Below are positions 7,987-20,956 of a stretch of DNA of 25,258 nt, one piece after another. The stretch's first letter is position 1, and each line of letters opens with the position of its first letter. Under the pieces are notes generated by a model. The model did no database searches. It was not told the origin of the DNA and saw only the letters and a list, made by a program, of their open reading frames with translations. The position numbers were made by a program, and so were the translations under genes. The DNA lies in the NCBI GenBank assembly GCA_043819795.1, contig JBDREN010000069.1, forward strand, positions 1 to 25,258, read 5' to 3'. The stretch comes from Elusimicrobiota bacterium (GTDB lineage Bacteria > Elusimicrobiota > Elusimicrobia > UBA1565).

Positions 7987-9279
7987 ATGACCGCCAAGAC
8001 CGCCTGCCGATTCCATTCGATCCCGGACGCCATCCGGGACATCAAGAAGGGCCGGATGGTCATCGTCGTGGACGACCCTAACCGCGAGAACGAGGGCGAC
8101 CTCGTGATGGCGGCCGAGAAGGCCACGCCGAAGGCCATCAACTTCATGGCCCGCTACGGGAGAGGGTTGATCTGCGCGCCCATGCCGTGCAGGACCCTCG
8201 ACCGGCTCCAGATCGAGCCCATGGTCCAGAACCGCGAGATCGGCCCCGGCCGCGACACGGCCTTCTCGGTCAGCGTGGACGCGCGGCGCGGCACCACGAC
8301 CGGCATCTCGGCGCGCGACCGCGCGACGACGATCAGGGGGCTCCTCGATCCTGAGGCGAAGCCCGACGACTTCATCCGGCCGGGCCACATCTTCCCCCTG
8401 CGCTGCAAGGAGGGCGGCGTGCTCGTGCGGGCGGGGCACACCGAGGCCGCGATCGACCTTTCGCGCCTCGCGCGGCTCAAGCCGGCCGGCGTGATCTGCG
8501 AGATCATGCACTCCGACGGCACCATGGCCCGCGTGCCGCAGCTGATGCGCTTCGCGAAGACCCACCGGCTCAAGATCGTCACGATCCAGGCGCTCATCGA
8601 GCACCGCCGCCTGACCGAGAAGCTGGTCCGCAGGCTGGTCTCGGGACGCATCCCGACGCCGTTCGGGGAATTCGCGATCCACGTCTACCAGGAGATGCTG
8701 ACCGGCAAGCAGCACCTGGCGATGGTGATGGGAGAGGTGTCGGGTGCCAAAAACGTGCTCGTCCGGGTCCATTCCTCGTGCATCACCGGCGACACGCTCT
8801 TCTCGCTCCGCTGCGACTGCGGGGCCCAGCTCGAGGCCGCGATGCGCGTGATCGCCCAGAACCGACGGGGCGTGCTCCTCTACTTGGCCCAGGAAGGACG
8901 CGGCATCGGCCTGCCCAAGAAGATCCAGTCCTACGTCCTCCAGGACCAAGGCCTCGACACGGTCCAGGCCAACGAGGCCCTCGGATTCAAGCCGGACCTG
9001 CGCGAGTACGGCATCGGGGCGCAGATCCTCTCGGACCTCGGCCTGACGACCCTGCGCATCCTGACGAACAACCCCCGCAAGATCATCGGGATCGACGCGT
9101 TCGGCCTCAAGGTCGTGGCGCGCGTGCCGATCCAGATGAAGATGAACCGGCACAGCGCCCGATACCTCCAGACCAAGAGCAAGAAGCTCGGGCACCTGCT
9201 CGACCTGGGCGGGCCGGGGCAGGCCCTGTCCCCCCATTTCAGCCTCTGCGACCACGAGCCCCCAAAGGAGGGAGAGTGA
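7987..9279 (+). CDS. ribBA: Bifunctional DHBP synthase / GTP cyclohydrolase II
   Basis: [41 protein letters not shown]...[22 protein letters not shown]. Confidence 0.97.
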   Translation: MTAKTACRFHSIPDAIRDIKKGRMVIVVDDPNRENEGDLVMAAEKATPKAINFMARYGRGLICAPMPCRTLDRLQIEPMVQNREIGPGRDTAFSVSVDARRGTTTGISARDRATTIRGLLDPEAKPDDFIRPGHIFPLRCKEGGVLVRAGHTEAAIDLSRLARLKPAGVICEIMHSDGTMARVPQLMRFAKTHRLKIVTIQALIEHRRLTEKLVRRLVSGRIPTPFGEFAIHVYQEMLTGKQHLAMVMGEVSGAKNVLVRVHSSCITGDTLFSLRCDCGAQLEAAMRVIAQNRRGVLLYLAQEGRGIGLPKKIQSYVLQDQGLDTVQANEALGFKPDLREYGIGAQILSDLGLTTLRILTNNPRKIIGIDAFGLKVVARVPIQMKMNRHSARYLQTKSKKLGHLLDLGGPGQALSPHFSLCDHEPPKEGE

Positions 9280-9728
9280 ACCCCCGATTCGGCATCGTCG
9301 TCTCCCGCTTCAACGAGGAGATCACCGGGAAGCTCCTGGTCAACTGCCTCCGGACCCTGAAGGAGAACGGCGTGCCCGCCCGCCGCATCCACGTCGTCCG
9401 GGTACCGGGCGGCTTCGAGATCCCCTGGGCCGCCCAAGAGCTGGCCCGGTCCCGCCGTTTCGACGCCGTGATCTGCCTCGGCGCCGTGCTTAAGGGACAG
9501 ACGCCGCAGAACGACTTCATCTCCGCGGCGACATTCGTCCACATCCAGCGCATATCCCTGGAGACCCGGGTCCCCTGCATCCTCGGCGTCATCACGCCAA
9601 AGACCTGGGCCCAGGCGGTGGCGCGCACGAAGGGAAGCTTCGACCGCGGCTCCGAAGCCGCGCAAGCGGCGCTCGAGATGGCCGCCCTAAAAGCCGAGAC
9701 CGCCAAGCTGAGACGCAAGAATGGGTAG
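9276..9728 (+). CDS. ribH: 6,7-dimethyl-8-ribityllumazine synthase
   Basis: GIVVSRFN, VPGGFEIP, DAVICLGAV, G.EAA..ALEM. GTG 9276 with AAGGAGG upstream and GTGA overlap. Confidence 0.93.
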   Translation: MNPRFGIVVSRFNEEITGKLLVNCLRTLKENGVPARRIHVVRVPGGFEIPWAAQELARSRRFDAVICLGAVLKGQTPQNDFISAATFVHIQRISLETRVPCILGVITPKTWAQAVARTKGSFDRGSEAAQAALEMAALKAETAKLRRKNG

Positions 9729-10170
9729 GAGGCGACAAGCCCGAGAGCTCGCGCTGCAGACGCTCTACCTGGCCGAGACCGGGAGGATGAGCGTCTCGGA
9801 GGCCATGCTCATCGTGCGCGCCGGCGCCAAGCTCGACGAGAAGTCGGAAAGCTTCGCGCGCGAGCTTGCCGAAAAGACCGCCGATCACCGCAAGGCCCTC
9901 GACGCGTACATCCAGAAGATCGCCAAGAACTGGGAGCTCGGCCGGATGGCGGCCGTCGACCGCAACCTTCTCCGCATGGCCTCCTACGAGCTTCTGAACT
10001 GCCCCGAAACGCCGGTCAGCGTCGTCATAGACGAGGCCCTCGAAATCGCCAAAAAATTCTCCTCCCAGGACTCGAGCAAGTTCGTCAACGGCATCCTCGA
10101 CAAGATCAAGGCGCACCGGCCCGCCGACGGCCGGCCGCCCCCTAAGGCGCGGACGAGGATCGAGCGGTGA
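9721..10170 (+). CDS. nusB: Transcription antitermination factor NusB
   Basis: MGRRRQARELALQTLY, VDRNLLR, VVIDEALEIAKKF, KFVNGILD; canonical position after ribH. Confidence 0.96.
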   Translation: MGRRRQARELALQTLYLAETGRMSVSEAMLIVRAGAKLDEKSESFARELAEKTADHRKALDAYIQKIAKNWELGRMAAVDRNLLRMASYELLNCPETPVSVVIDEALEIAKKFSSQDSSKFVNGILDKIKAHRPADGRPPPKARTRIER

Positions 10171-10646
10171 CGGCCGCGGAGCCGTCCCTCCAGGAGCGCT
10201 ACGCGCCCGGCAACGCCTGTTTCGGCTGCGGCCCGGCCAACCCCAAGGGCCTGCGCATCCGGAGCTTCCCATCCGGAGGCCCGGCGGACGAATGCGTCTG
10301 CGACTGGACCCCCGAGAGGCATCACGAGGCCTTCCCCGGGGCGCTCAACGGCGGGATCATCGGGACGCTGCTCGACTGCCACAGCAACTGGACGGCGGTC
10401 CACCACCTGATGAAGCGCCGGGGCGCCGATTCCCCTCCCTGCACGGTGACGGCCGACTACGCGATCAGGCTGTTGCGCCCGGCGGCGTCCGGCGGGCCCG
10501 TCCGGATTACCGCGCACATCGCGGAGTCGACTAACGACCGCGCCGTGGTCAAGGCCGAGCTCAGCGCCGGCGGGAAGCGCTGCGCGACCTGCCGCGGGAC
10601 CTTCGTGGCCGTGCGCCCGGGCCATCCCGCCTACCACCGATGGTAA
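10167..10646 (+). CDS. PaaI-family hotdog-fold thioesterase
   Basis: CFGCGPANPKGL, GALNGGIIGTLLDCH, VTADYAIRLLRP; GTGA overlap with nusB. Confidence 0.85.
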   Translation: MTAAEPSLQERYAPGNACFGCGPANPKGLRIRSFPSGGPADECVCDWTPERHHEAFPGALNGGIIGTLLDCHSNWTAVHHLMKRRGADSPPCTVTADYAIRLLRPAASGGPVRITAHIAESTNDRAVVKAELSAGGKRCATCRGTFVAVRPGHPAYHRW

Positions 10647-10665
10647 GGAGCCGGGAGACGAGAGC

Positions 10666-15736
<5,071 letters not shown>

Positions 15737-15742
15737 CGCCGG

Positions 15743-15807
15743 CGGCCCCCCCGCGGGGAAGTCAGCAGCCCCCCACGGGGAAGGATCGCGCTTTGTTGAG
15801 GGGGCCG
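15743..15807. repeat. GC-rich structured repeat in the convergent intergenic region
   Basis: Near-direct repeats GCCCCCCCGCGGGGAAG (15745-15761) and GCCCCCCACGGGGAAG (15768-15783), with CGGCCCCC (15743-15750) able to pair with GGGGGCCG (15800-15807). Confidence 0.6.
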
Positions 15808-15861
15808 ATTCTATCCCCTTTAGGACTTCCTTGACTTGTCCAAGGACGGCCGGGGGAGCCG

Positions 15862-17154
15862 CTATCTTGAAGCCAGCTGAGTGGCCGGCTCCGACCCGTA
15901 CCGCCGCCGCATCCCCCGGGAGACGACGTTCGATATCTCGCGGATCACGTCGCCGCGGGAGCGGATCCAGCGGGTGTAGTTCCTCGCGGGGCGGTCTTTC
16001 TGGATGACGCCGACCAGCGTGTAGGCGTGACGTCCGCCCCGCGGGCCGCGCGTCACTAGGATGCCCATGTCACCGCAGAGGTACTTGGTGCTGCCTGTCT
16101 TGTTGTAGACTTTCGTCCCGCGCGGCACTTCCCGGGCCCCCGTATAGAGGCGGTCCCGGTTCGGAAGGGCCATCAGCCGCTTCATCTCATGCGAGCCCGG
16201 CAGATCGTTGTCCCAAAGCGCGGACAGGAAGCGGCTGTAGTCGTGCGCCGACGCCTTGTTGCGATAAGTGCGTCCTCCGGAGGGGATGTACTCGACGATC
16301 GATATGTCGCGCAGGATCCCGCCGTAATGGCGCTCGAGCAGCCGCTGGGCCGCCCGCGGCCCGCCGATCTTCCGCAGGACCCAGTTCGCGGCGCCGTTGC
16401 TCGAGCGCTGGATCATGTCCCGCATCATGCGCCGGCTTTGGGGCCCGTAGCGAAGCTCCCCGGCGCGCACCTTGTGGAAGTAGGCGAGCGCGAAGAACGG
16501 CTTGACCATGCTCGCCGCCTGAAACCGCGCGTCTTCGTTGATGTCCACCAGCTTCCGGCCGGAGGTCAGATCGTAGACGGACCAGGCGGTCCGCTCGTCG
16601 GCGGCGATCCGTCCCCGGCGGCGCAGACGCTTGACGGCGTCCTCGACCGCGGCCTCCAGCCCGGTGGGCGGCCGCGCCGCCTCCATCCCCCCCCGCTCCG
16701 GGAGGGCCTTCCGTTTCGCGCGACGTGCGAACGAGACCACCTCGGTCCAGTCCCGGTCCGGGATGGCCGAGGCGGGCTCGAGCCCCCGGGACCCCAGTAT
16801 CCGCGAGTGGGCCCGCGCGACCTCCCAGGTGCCGCGGGCGTCCCCGTCGCGGTCGTAGATCAGACCGTACCGCCTCGGTCCCTTCACGATGCGCAGACGC
16901 GCCGCCAGCCGCGGACCCAGGACGCGCCCCAGCTTCTTCTTATAGGCGCGGATGCCGCTCAGGTCCGGGTGCCAGAGGTAGGAGACGTCGTAGAGCCGCC
17001 CCGCCTGCGGCAAAGCGGACAGGCGCGACGGCCGGGCGCTCTGGGCCCAGACGCCGCCAGACACAAGCAGGCCCGTCGCGCAGACAAGCGGGATCAGGGC
17101 CGGCGCCAAAGCGCGGCCGAACGTCGGCGTTCCCGCGAGCTGCCGTCCGTCCAT
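15862..17154 (-). CDS. Secreted serine hydrolase of class A beta-lactamase / PBP fold with extra N-terminal domain
   Basis: Signal peptide (..GGVWA), SxxK (ASMVK), SxN (SSN), KTG (NKTGST). Confidence 0.85.
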   Translation of the reverse strand: MDGRQLAGTPTFGRALAPALIPLVCATGLLVSGGVWAQSARPSRLSALPQAGRLYDVSYLWHPDLSGIRAYKKKLGRVLGPRLAARLRIVKGPRRYGLIYDRDGDARGTWEVARAHSRILGSRGLEPASAIPDRDWTEVVSFARRAKRKALPERGGMEAARPPTGLEAAVEDAVKRLRRRGRIAADERTAWSVYDLTSGRKLVDINEDARFQAASMVKPFFALAYFHKVRAGELRYGPQSRRMMRDMIQRSSNGAANWVLRKIGGPRAAQRLLERHYGGILRDISIVEYIPSGGRTYRNKASAHDYSRFLSALWDNDLPGSHEMKRLMALPNRDRLYTGAREVPRGTKVYNKTGSTKYLCGDMGILVTRGPRGGRHAYTLVGVIQKDRPARNYTRWIRSRGDVIREISNVVSRGMRRRYGSEPATQLASR

Positions 17155-17227
17155 CGGTGGGTAGTATGCATGTATCAGGGAACCGCCCGCTTTTCAATAC
17201 CACTTTTGTTACATATGGCCAGGCGGG

Positions 17228-17270
17228 AAAAGGACGCGGCGAGGGCCCCTATGAGGCCCCCGCCGCGTCC
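17228..17270 (-). terminator. Intrinsic terminator after the kbl-like gene
   Basis: On the minus strand GGACGCGGCG...CGCCGCGTCC (10-bp perfect outer stem, extendable with G-U pairs) followed by TTTT, a few nt after the stop. Confidence 0.6.
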
Positions 17271-17274
17271 GCGG

Positions 17275-18474
17275 CTAGATGATCCCGAGCTCCGAGCCGA
17301 CCTTCCGGAACTTATCCAGGGCCGTCTCGAGCTCCTCCGCGGTGTGGCCGGCCGTCACGATCGTGCGCAGGCGCTCCTTCCCGCGCGGCACGGTCGGGAA
17401 GCCGATCGACAAGGCGAATACCCCCTCCTCGAAGAGCCGCCCGCTGAAAGCGCGGGCCTTATGCGTGTCGCCGACCATGACCGGCGTGATCGGCGTCTCG
17501 CTCAGGCCGGTGTCGAAACCGGACTTCCGGAGGCCTTCCTTGAACAGGCGGGTGTTCTCCCAAAGCCTCTCGATGCGCTCGGGCTCGCCCTCGAGCACGT
17601 CGAGAGCCGCCATGCAGGTGGCCGTGACGGACGGCGGATGGGAGCTCGAGAACAAAAAAGGCCGCGCGGTGGAGACGAGGTACTCGCGCAGGTCCTTGGA
17701 GGAGGCGACGTAGCCGCCGATCGACGCGATCGCCTTCGAGAGCGTGCCGATCTGGATCTGGACGCGGTCGGTGAGGCCGAAGTGGCTCGGGGTGCCGCGC
17801 CCGTTGACGCCCATGACGCCGCTCGCGTGCGCGTCGTCGACCATCACGAAGGCTTCGTAGCGCGCGGCGAGGTCCACGATCTCCGGCAGGGGGGCGAGGT
17901 CCCCGTCCATCGAGAAGACGCCGTCGGTGACGATCATGCGGCGCCGCGCCTTGCGGGACTCGGCGGACTCGAGCAGCTCCCGGAGGGCCTTCATGTCCTT
18001 GTGCGGGTAGATCCGGCGCGCGGCCTTCGAGAGCCTGCCGCCGTCGATGATCGAGGCGTGGTTGAGCTGGTCGGAGATCAGCAGGTCGTCGGGGCTCGTC
18101 ATCAGGCTCTGGCACACCGCCACGTTCGTCGTGAAGCCCGATTGGAACACGAGCGCGGCCTCGGTCTCCTTGAAGCGGGCGAGGCGCCGCTCAAGCTCCT
18201 GATGGATGTCCATGGTCCCGATGATCGTGCGGACGGCCGCGGTCCCCACGCCGTAGCGGTCGATCGCTTCCTTGGCCGCCCGCATGAGCTTGGGGTGCGT
18301 GGTGAGTGCGAGGTAGTTGTTCGAGGTGAGGTTGATCACCTTCTTCCCGTCGATGACCGAGACCGGCTCCTGCGAGCCCCCGAGGATCCTCAGCGTGATG
18401 GCGAGACCGTCGCGCTCGAGCGCGGCCAGATCCTCGCGAAGGAAGGACATCAAATCGCCCGTATCCGTGGTCAT
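17275..18474 (-). CDS. kbl: Glycine C-acetyltransferase / 8-amino-7-oxononanoate synthase family PLP enzyme
   Basis: SNNYL, SDQLNHASIIDG, TDGVFSMDGD, VDDAHASG, GTLSKA, ARPFLFSS, FPTVPRG. ATG 18474 overlaps the upstream stop (ATGA). kbl vs bioF not resolvable. Confidence 0.85.
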   Translation of the reverse strand: MTTDTGDLMSFLREDLAALERDGLAITLRILGGSQEPVSVIDGKKVINLTSNNYLALTTHPKLMRAAKEAIDRYGVGTAAVRTIIGTMDIHQELERRLARFKETEAALVFQSGFTTNVAVCQSLMTSPDDLLISDQLNHASIIDGGRLSKAARRIYPHKDMKALRELLESAESRKARRRMIVTDGVFSMDGDLAPLPEIVDLAARYEAFVMVDDAHASGVMGVNGRGTPSHFGLTDRVQIQIGTLSKAIASIGGYVASSKDLREYLVSTARPFLFSSSHPPSVTATCMAALDVLEGEPERIERLWENTRLFKEGLRKSGFDTGLSETPITPVMVGDTHKARAFSGRLFEEGVFALSIGFPTVPRGKERLRTIVTAGHTAEELETALDKFRKVGSELGII

Positions 18475-19349
18475 GAGTTGTTCTCCGGTCGGATGGATGT
18501 CCATCCCCGCGCCAGGTTCTTCAGGACGAACATCCAGTTCTCCTTGCGCTCGCGCAGGCGGCGCATGAAATAGGGCAGCCAGTGCGTGCCGTAGGGGACG
18601 TAGACCCTCACGACGAAGCCGGAGGCCGCCAGCTCCCCCCACCACTTGGGCCGGAGTCCGTAGAGCATCTGGAACTCGAAGCGGTCCGGGGGGATGCCTT
18701 TCTTCCGGGAGAAACGGATGGCCGCGCGGATGCGGTCCTCGTCGTGGGTGGCCAAGCCGGGATAGTTTCCGTTCTCGAGCAGCTCGGCCGCGAGGCGGTC
18801 GAAGCTCTCGTTGACCTCCTCTTTCTCCTGAAAAGCGACCTCGGCCGGCTCGCGGTAGGCGCCCTTGCAGAGCCGCACGCGGGCCCCGGCCCGGTTCATC
18901 CTCGCCACGTCCGCCCGGCTCCGCTTGAGGGCCGCCTGGATCACCACGCCGACGTTGTTATGCGCCTCGAAGACGTCGTGGAAAAGGTCGAGGGTCCGCT
19001 GGGTGTAGGCGGAGCCCTCCATGTCGATCCGGACGAAGTTCCGGCGCGCGTGCGCCTCCTCGACGACGCGCAACAGATTGCGCCGGGCGAGCCCGGCGTC
19101 GAGGTTCAGCCCGAACTGGGTAAGCTTCAGGCTGACGTTGCAGTCGAGCCCGGCCTCCGCGATGCGGCGCAGAAGCTGGACGTACTCCCCGGCGGCGGCG
19201 TCCGCCTGAGCCTCGCTCGCGCAGTCCTCGCCGAGATAGTCGAGCGTCGCCTTCAAGCCCCGCTCGTTGAGCGCCCGGACGGCCCGCATGGCCTCGGCCG
19301 CCGTGTCGCCGGCGACGAAGCGGCCGGCAAGAAACGTGAGCGCGCGCAT
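18471..19349 (-). CDS. putB: Monofunctional proline dehydrogenase
   Basis: RFVAG, LDYLGE, SLKLTQFG, VRIDME, VRLCKGAY, ATHD, EFQMLYG, VYVPYG, YFMRRLRER. Confidence 0.95.
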   Translation of the reverse strand: MRALTFLAGRFVAGDTAAEAMRAVRALNERGLKATLDYLGEDCASEAQADAAAGEYVQLLRRIAEAGLDCNVSLKLTQFGLNLDAGLARRNLLRVVEEAHARRNFVRIDMEGSAYTQRTLDLFHDVFEAHNNVGVVIQAALKRSRADVARMNRAGARVRLCKGAYREPAEVAFQEKEEVNESFDRLAAELLENGNYPGLATHDEDRIRAAIRFSRKKGIPPDRFEFQMLYGLRPKWWGELAASGFVVRVYVPYGTHWLPYFMRRLRERKENWMFVLKNLARGWTSIRPENNS

Positions 19350-19574
19350 ACGCCTTCTTTTACCATTTTTCGCGGCCGCCGGTCAGACGGGGCACGTCTT
19401 ATCGACGGCGCTCACACCCGTGCGCGAGCCCCGGTCGAGGGAGAAAGCTGAAACTGGAGCCGTTTTGGGGAAGCGCCCTGAAAAATCCGCCCGCATGGCT
19501 GAATAAATCCTGACAGAAATTTTTTCTCTTTTATTTATAAGGCTTATTTCTGTTCTCATGTCAGCGCGTTGTCC

Positions 19575-19603
19575 TTGACTTTTCCTTAGTGTGGGGCTAT
19601 ACG
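19575..19603 (+). promoter_or_regulatory. Possible sigma70 promoter of the surface-protein operon
   Basis: TTGACT, 17-nt spacer, TATACG (imperfect -10), preceded by a strongly AT-rich tract at about 19500-19560. Confidence 0.45.
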
Positions 19604-19696
19604 AATAAACAGTGCAGGTTGGAAGGAACGCGCGCCTCGCGCGCGCGGTCCTTGCCCGTGGAATCGTCGAGTCCCGCATTCAGCGCGGAGGCATTT

Positions 19697-20956
19697 ATGC
19701 CGGTACAGCGGGTGCCGAATCTGACTCCGGCTCTTATCGAAGCGCCGTCTAAAGGCCCTCTCCCAAACGAGAGGGCCTTTCTGCCGCCAATCGTGGCGTC
19801 CGCGTTCATCACGGCGTTCCTCTTCGCGGCGCCGTCCGCCCGCGCCGCGGACATACCCTCGATCATCAACTTCCAAGGCAGGCTGCTCGAAGCCGGGCAG
19901 CCCGTCACGGGAACGCGCGACCTGTCGTTCGCCGTCTACGGCTCCGCCGACGGTTCGGACCAGCTGTGGACCGAGACGCAAGCCGGAGTCTCCGTGAACG
20001 CCGGGGTGTTCTCCGTCCATCTCGGCGCCGCGGCGCCCCTGCCCGCCGAGATCTTCAACGCGGCGGAACTCTACCTCGAGATCCAGGCCAACGGCAAGAC
20101 GTTGAGCCCGCGGGAGCGCCTCGCCGCGAGCCCTTACGCGTTCAACGCCCAGCGCCTGCAGGGGCTGGAGCCCGCCTCTTTCGCCGCGAAAGAGCCCGAC
20201 GGCTCCCTGGAGATGGGCAACAAGCAGATCACCGGATTCCGAGTGGAGAACGCCGCCGCCGCGCCCGTGCCCTGCGACGAAGACCACAAAGGCTACATCT
20301 ACTTCAACACCATGGACGGGACCTTCTATGGATGCAACGGCGCCCGGTTCAAGTCCTTGAGCGACAAGCCCGACGTAGAGGGATGCGGGGAAACCCAGGA
20401 CACGGCCGGCCGCGCCTGCAAGGACATCCTGGACACATGCCCCGGCTCGCTGAGCGGCGCCTACTGGATCGATCCCAACGAGGGCGATCCCACCGACGCC
20501 TTCCAGGTCTACTGCGACATGGGCGGCCACGACGGCGGCTGGACGCTGGTCGCGGGCATATCCAGCGGCGACCAGGCCCACGTGAACAGCGCGTCCGTCT
20601 CCCCCGGGAACCTCATATCTCCGAGCGGCAAAGGAAAGCTGGCGGACTCCACGATAAACCTTATCAACTCCAATACCGATCCGGCCTACCGGCTGACCTG
20701 CGCGGGTGTCACCGGCTTCTTCCAGGGGTCATGCGTGTTCTCCGCGACGACCGCCGCCAGCGGGCCCTGCGTGGCGGTAAGCTACAGCTACCCGCCGACG
20801 TCGTACGTCGGGACCACGTCTCAGCCCGGCAACAATGGTCTGGCGGACGGAAACAGCGGCTATTCGAACCGCCTGATATACGGAGCGCCGGGCGTCACGG
20901 GCTGCGACACCGGACCAACGGGATGGGGACAGGATGGGACACTCTATGTACGATAA
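19697..20956 (+). CDS. Secreted fibre-type protein: signal peptide, NFQGR N-terminal domain, C-terminal fibrinogen-like YCDxxxxGGW domain
   Basis: GGAGG RBS then ATG 19697; A-R-A cleavage site; IPSIINFQGRL domain; PC...KGYIYFN...FYGCNG module; ACKDIL..SGAYWIDP..FQVYCDMGGHDGGWTLV. Confidence 0.82.
   Translation: MPVQRVPNLTPALIEAPSKGPLPNERAFLPPIVASAFITAFLFAAPSARAADIPSIINFQGRLLEAGQPVTGTRDLSFAVYGSADGSDQLWTETQAGVSVNAGVFSVHLGAAAPLPAEIFNAAELYLEIQANGKTLSPRERLAASPYAFNAQRLQGLEPASFAAKEPDGSLEMGNKQITGFRVENAAAAPVPCDEDHKGYIYFNTMDGTFYGCNGARFKSLSDKPDVEGCGETQDTAGRACKDILDTCPGSLSGAYWIDPNEGDPTDAFQVYCDMGGHDGGWTLVAGISSGDQAHVNSASVSPGNLISPSGKGKLADSTINLINSNTDPAYRLTCAGVTGFFQGSCVFSATTAASGPCVAVSYSYPPTSYVGTTSQPGNNGLADGNSGYSNRLIYGAPGVTGCDTGPTGWGQDGTLYVR

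Noticed and set aside
15862..17154. Bona fide class A beta-lactamase resistance gene
   Set aside because: No recognisable ExxLN omega-loop motif, extra N-terminal domain, no mobile context.
19383..19679. Small ORFs in the putB/fibre intergenic region
   Set aside because: AT-rich divergent promoter region; no RBS or protein-like features.
19600..19730. c-di-GMP riboswitch in the fibre operon leader
   Set aside because: Only a vague 3' resemblance (ACAGCGGGTGCCGAA); the GGCAAA/GAAA/GCAAAG core is not present. An Rfam scan would settle it.
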